Source: Tubiluchus corallicola (Eukaryota > Animalia > Priapulida). From it: DNA of 64,000 nucleotides. Below, piece by piece: positions 61,001 through 64,000 of the stretch (its first letter is position 1; every line of letters begins with the position of its first letter). Under the pieces are notes generated by a model that saw nothing but the letters and a program-made list of their open reading frames with translations, searched no databases and was not told the DNA's origin. The stretch is taken from contig JAQGDQ010000011.1 in the NCBI GenBank assembly GCA_030141605.1, forward strand, positions 1,422,066 through 1,486,065, given 5' to 3'. A program made the position numbers and the translations under genes.

Positions 61001-63450
61001 TGTATAGTATAGCCAAGTGCAGATGTTAGATAACACAAACTGGCTTTTAAAGAAGTGATTTTAAATGTTGGGTTTATTTTATTACTATCACTTAAAAGAA
61101 AAATGTAGCCAAGGAATTTGCAAAAAACAACTGTCTATAAAGCATAAAGTGAATTTATACTACTGCTGTATAGAAATTTTCAGGCACTGTGGCAGCCTCC
61201 ATTCACTAGAAAATTATTATGATGTAACTGGTGAGCTTGGAATTATCTAATTTTTGGCGACTTTTCGTAAATGTGTCGTGGCTTTCAGTAAGCGAGTGCT
61301 GCTTAAACGAATTTAAACTTCTGCAGCTTACCTAACGTGCATGCAGAAATATCACAAAATTATCTAATTTTCTGTCAAAACTTATCATACTTTTGATGGA
61401 AATTGACAGTACACTGCTTTTCTTCATTGGTGGAAAAATGGGCTTTCAAAATGGAAGTGCCCAAGCGTGAAATGATCACATCATTAGAGGATTTTACTAA
61501 TTACACATGGTGCTTATCACATTTTTATTACAAATTCCTTACATTTTCTCAAACAATGAAATAAGCTTAACTTCCCTTTAACAAAACTTCTGGTTCTACA
61601 ATGACTTGTGAAGTTCAAGTTCTACATTCATACAATGACTACAAGTTCTAGGAAAGCTTATAATATTACCTGTGTAATCACTACAGCTACTATGAACAAG
61701 TCCCACCAATATATTTTCATCAAAAAGCACGTAAGCAGAAATAATGTTTGTTTTTTGTAAAATAAATTTCAAAAACAAATGTGCTGCATTCCCAGTTAGT
61801 CAATCAATGTGGATGTAAATTTTGTGTTATCAGCACCAGCGAAGCCACATACTACATTGTATAGAGAGAACCTGTATTGATTTATTGACAGTTGATAATG
61901 CACTTTGTGACATTATCACCATTCCTTTTAGCAATTCACTTACCATTAACATAATATAATGTAAGCAGTCGAATTGAAGAACTGGAATTCAAACTAGCTA
62001 ATTTTTTAAATGACCTTGTATGCCACTTTTTGTGAAGAAGATAGTTAGTTAGTTTACAGACACACACACAACAGGAAGCGATTAGAACATATTGACCTCT
62101 CTGCACACGCCTTGTCCAGTGTGTCTGCTGTGATGAATGGCCCTAGTCATTAACCCTTTAACTATGAAAAGTGGCACAGTGCCGCCTATGTTTTTTTTGT
62201 GAGGGACAGAAGGCGGTAGACTGGCACCCAAGCCCAGCACTAAGCGCAGTCACTCGGGTCTGTTTGTTTTGCTACTACGGCCATGCAAAAATATTGTAGG
62301 AAAGTTTGACAGCCGTGGGATTGGGGTTGCTTTGCAACAAATAACGTTAGCCAGCCAATCAGCATCTGAAGCTAGGTGCATTCCAGGATACTGCGTGGTA
62401 TGATACATTCTCACACAAAATCACTTGTTGATGGTTAGTGGCCTGTTTGTATAAAATGTTTGCACAATATTGATTAGTATTATGACTTCTGTGAAAATTG
62501 GTTTCTAAATATAAGTATGTTGTTATCTGTTAAGGTTTGCACGTGTGTGGGCGCTTGAGCGCACGCATGTGTGCATCAGTACAAATTAAACTAATATCCA
62601 ATATTGGTGTTTATTAACAGATGACTATTTGTTTATTTACAAGATTCTGTTTAAGTAATACACAACAAAAAGTTATTGTCAAATATGCAAAATGCAATAC
62701 GGCCTAGTTAACAAGCAACTACGTACTGAAAGGTTAATGATATCAATAACTAACCAAAGAGGTTTAAAAGAATCTTCACGTCAAATGAAAGTTACATAAC
62801 ATTGAGGCTGAGGAGTAACTCGATGCGCAACCACTTGGTTGGATTTCCTCTCTGCCATTCAGAAACATTATGATTCTGAATGTGAACCCCACTGAGGGAG
62901 GCTGTATTCATATATGAATGTGACTGAGACGACTTTATCAGTTCTGTGTCTCATCTTAGAGGGTTAGCCTTGATAATGAATCAGGTCCAGTCCTGCTTCA
63001 ACTACTCATTACAATATTAAAACCTGCATATAAATAGTTAACCTTCAGACATACACACACAGCAGGAAGCTATTAATACATGTCAATCTCTCCTCTGGTA
63101 CACATGGCTTATATAGTGTGCAGTGAGACGAATAACCCCAACCACAATATTACAATAATGTCCCAGTGAGGTGTAACAGTGGCTCCAAATGTCTGGTTTC
63201 ATCGAAAGCCACACACAATGGTAACGTTTGTGAAGCGCACATTGTACCGCATGACCCACAAAGTGTGTTACATGCAGGACCAAGCAGTATGTACACGTTT
63301 TTTACTTTTTTGAGCAATCTGTTGTGATGGATGAAATGAATTTTTTTTTGTTTTCTAGGCTTTAGTTGCAAAATAAGGCCGCTGTTTGATCCACTTGTTT
63401 CTCCGAGAAACTTGGTGCTGATAGCTAGGAAATCTCAAGATGGACAATGA
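52018..63450 (+). CDS. METTL25B: Methyltransferase-like 25B (RRNAD1), 479 aa, 10 exons
   Basis: Exons 52018-52113, 52523-52635, 53463-53703, 54875-55035, 55989-56118, 57282-57418, 57746-57888, 59759-59894, 60786-60976, 63359-63450 (1440 nt, in frame). Motifs DAYVVEFY..W..LP.CWQ, VWPLSLLA, VKSKKLHEI, SAM-binding VIDVGCGQGHLSRFL, VGLHTCGDL, SIGCCYMK, ELACHA, HCYRAALE, LAPVIESIVLVDR, PLFDPLVSPRN. Confidence 0.93.
54378..54780 (-). mobile_element. L1/Tx1-type LINE endonuclease remnant
   Basis: EDGRCIFCHFTIHLRGLSLIIIYVP...EIIESNF resembles the APE motifs DxxGRxI....LxNIYAP...IIxGDFN. Confidence 0.5.
55258..55722. repeat. Palindromic element with two divergent tRNA/SINE-like arms
   Basis: Arms ~55258-55434 and ~55510-55722 are reverse complements. 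Each has a Pol III B-box (GTTCAAACC on minus at 55375-55383; GTTCAAATCC at 55555-55564). Flanked by the direct repeat AAGCRTAAACAAACTCTRAAATTT (55193-55216, 55723-55746). Confidence 0.85.
56380..56655. mobile_element. Harbinger-like MITE
   Basis: CAGACTAGCAAGTTTTTT ... AAAAAACTCGCTAGTCTG inverted ends; related to 5455-5680. Confidence 0.55.
58524..59137. mobile_element. Kolobok-like (TTAA) MITE, copy 3 of 3
   Basis: TTAAGGCAGACAAC ... GGGTCCAGTTTTGCTTTAA; lies just inside a Tc1/mariner-like left end (TA-CAGGGTGGACCCAAAA at ~58400). Confidence 0.7.
60060..60320. repeat. ~138-bp tandem units with CCGCCATTTT..AAGATGGC hairpin (Helentron/MITE-type internal array)
   Basis: AAGGCT.TG.CAATTCGC...GGATTG...TGAAACT at 60069 and 60207. 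Confidence 0.6.
62154..62733. mobile_element. piggyBac-like MITE
   Basis: TTAA-CCCTTTAACTATG ... CGTACTGAAAGG-TTAA. Confidence 0.65.
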
Positions 63451-63601
63451 CGATGAACACAAACAAATGCTTTGATTTTGATATGCCAAATTTTGTGAAA
63501 TGAGTCCGAGTCATACAGATTACAGACTTGTGTGACATGTAAGTGATCAAGTTATGGGTATGGAATGGGCATGCAATTTCAAAACAAGATTCCCTCTCGA
63601 A

Positions 63602-63813
63602 CTAGGAGGTGCTCGTTTGTTCGTCGTAATTCTCTGCCAGCGTTTCAAGAAAAGCCAGTGCTTCTTGAAAGTCATCTGATTCTAGTCCGGCTTCAATGTA
63701 CTTGTGAAATTTGTGGATGTTGAATCGTCTACCAGCTTTGCTTAACTCTTTGAGCATGTGTGAGCAGTCAGATGCGGAACTGTGGCATGTCATTACGGGC
63801 ACACTGTCCACAC
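63602..63813 (-). CDS. MSTO1: Protein misato homolog, last coding exon (gene continues beyond the right edge)
   Basis: Acceptor CAG at 63814-63816; VDSVPVMT...LKELSKAGRRFNIHKFHKYIEAGLESDDFQEALAFLETLAENY* matches the Misato C-terminus (VESIPV...L.RF..F.DAG.E.DD..E.L..L..LA..Y). Confidence 0.78.
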
Positions 63814-64000
63814 CTGGAATAATAACACAGTGACTGAATGAACATGTAGATTATTAAATTTTGGCAATCATCGCATCAGAAAGGTGGAACTGAGCTTGGA
63901 TTTAACACCAGAGACCTTGGTGCTGAACTGAAATACACAGAACCTTTTTCATATCCAGTCAGAATCCAAATTTTTTCACATTTTTCTTTGTCACGTTTGG

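Overview
AT-rich, intron-rich animal (probably invertebrate) genomic DNA, not prokaryotic. By hand-splicing GT-AG exons I reconstruct six host genes: the 5' half of the spliceosomal helicase SNRNP200/Brr2 (minus, 22 exons, runs off the left edge); a 232-aa YccV/HspQ-like domain protein (plus, head-to-head with Brr2, 204 bp between ATGs); dynactin p62/DCTN4 (minus, 12 exons); a C9orf85-like zinc-finger protein (minus); METTL25B/RRNAD1 (plus, 10 exons); and the last exon of Misato/MSTO1 (minus, tail-to-tail with METTL25B). Introns and spacers hold many MITEs (hAT, pogo/Tigger, Kolobok, piggyBac, Harbinger-like, Helentron/DINE-like), LINE remnants and tandem repeats. The least explained elements are: a decayed, intronless, TATA-preceded ORF cassette of unknown origin at about 47.4-49.2 kb; a palindromic element with two outward-facing tRNA-like arms (55.2-55.7 kb); a candidate unannotated 94-aa two-exon ORF upstream of the C9orf85-like gene; a spacer-less 72-bp palindrome; and a TIR element enclosing a higher-order minisatellite. 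I found nothing I can confidently call a new biological system. Gene identities come from remembered protein motifs, not database searches.
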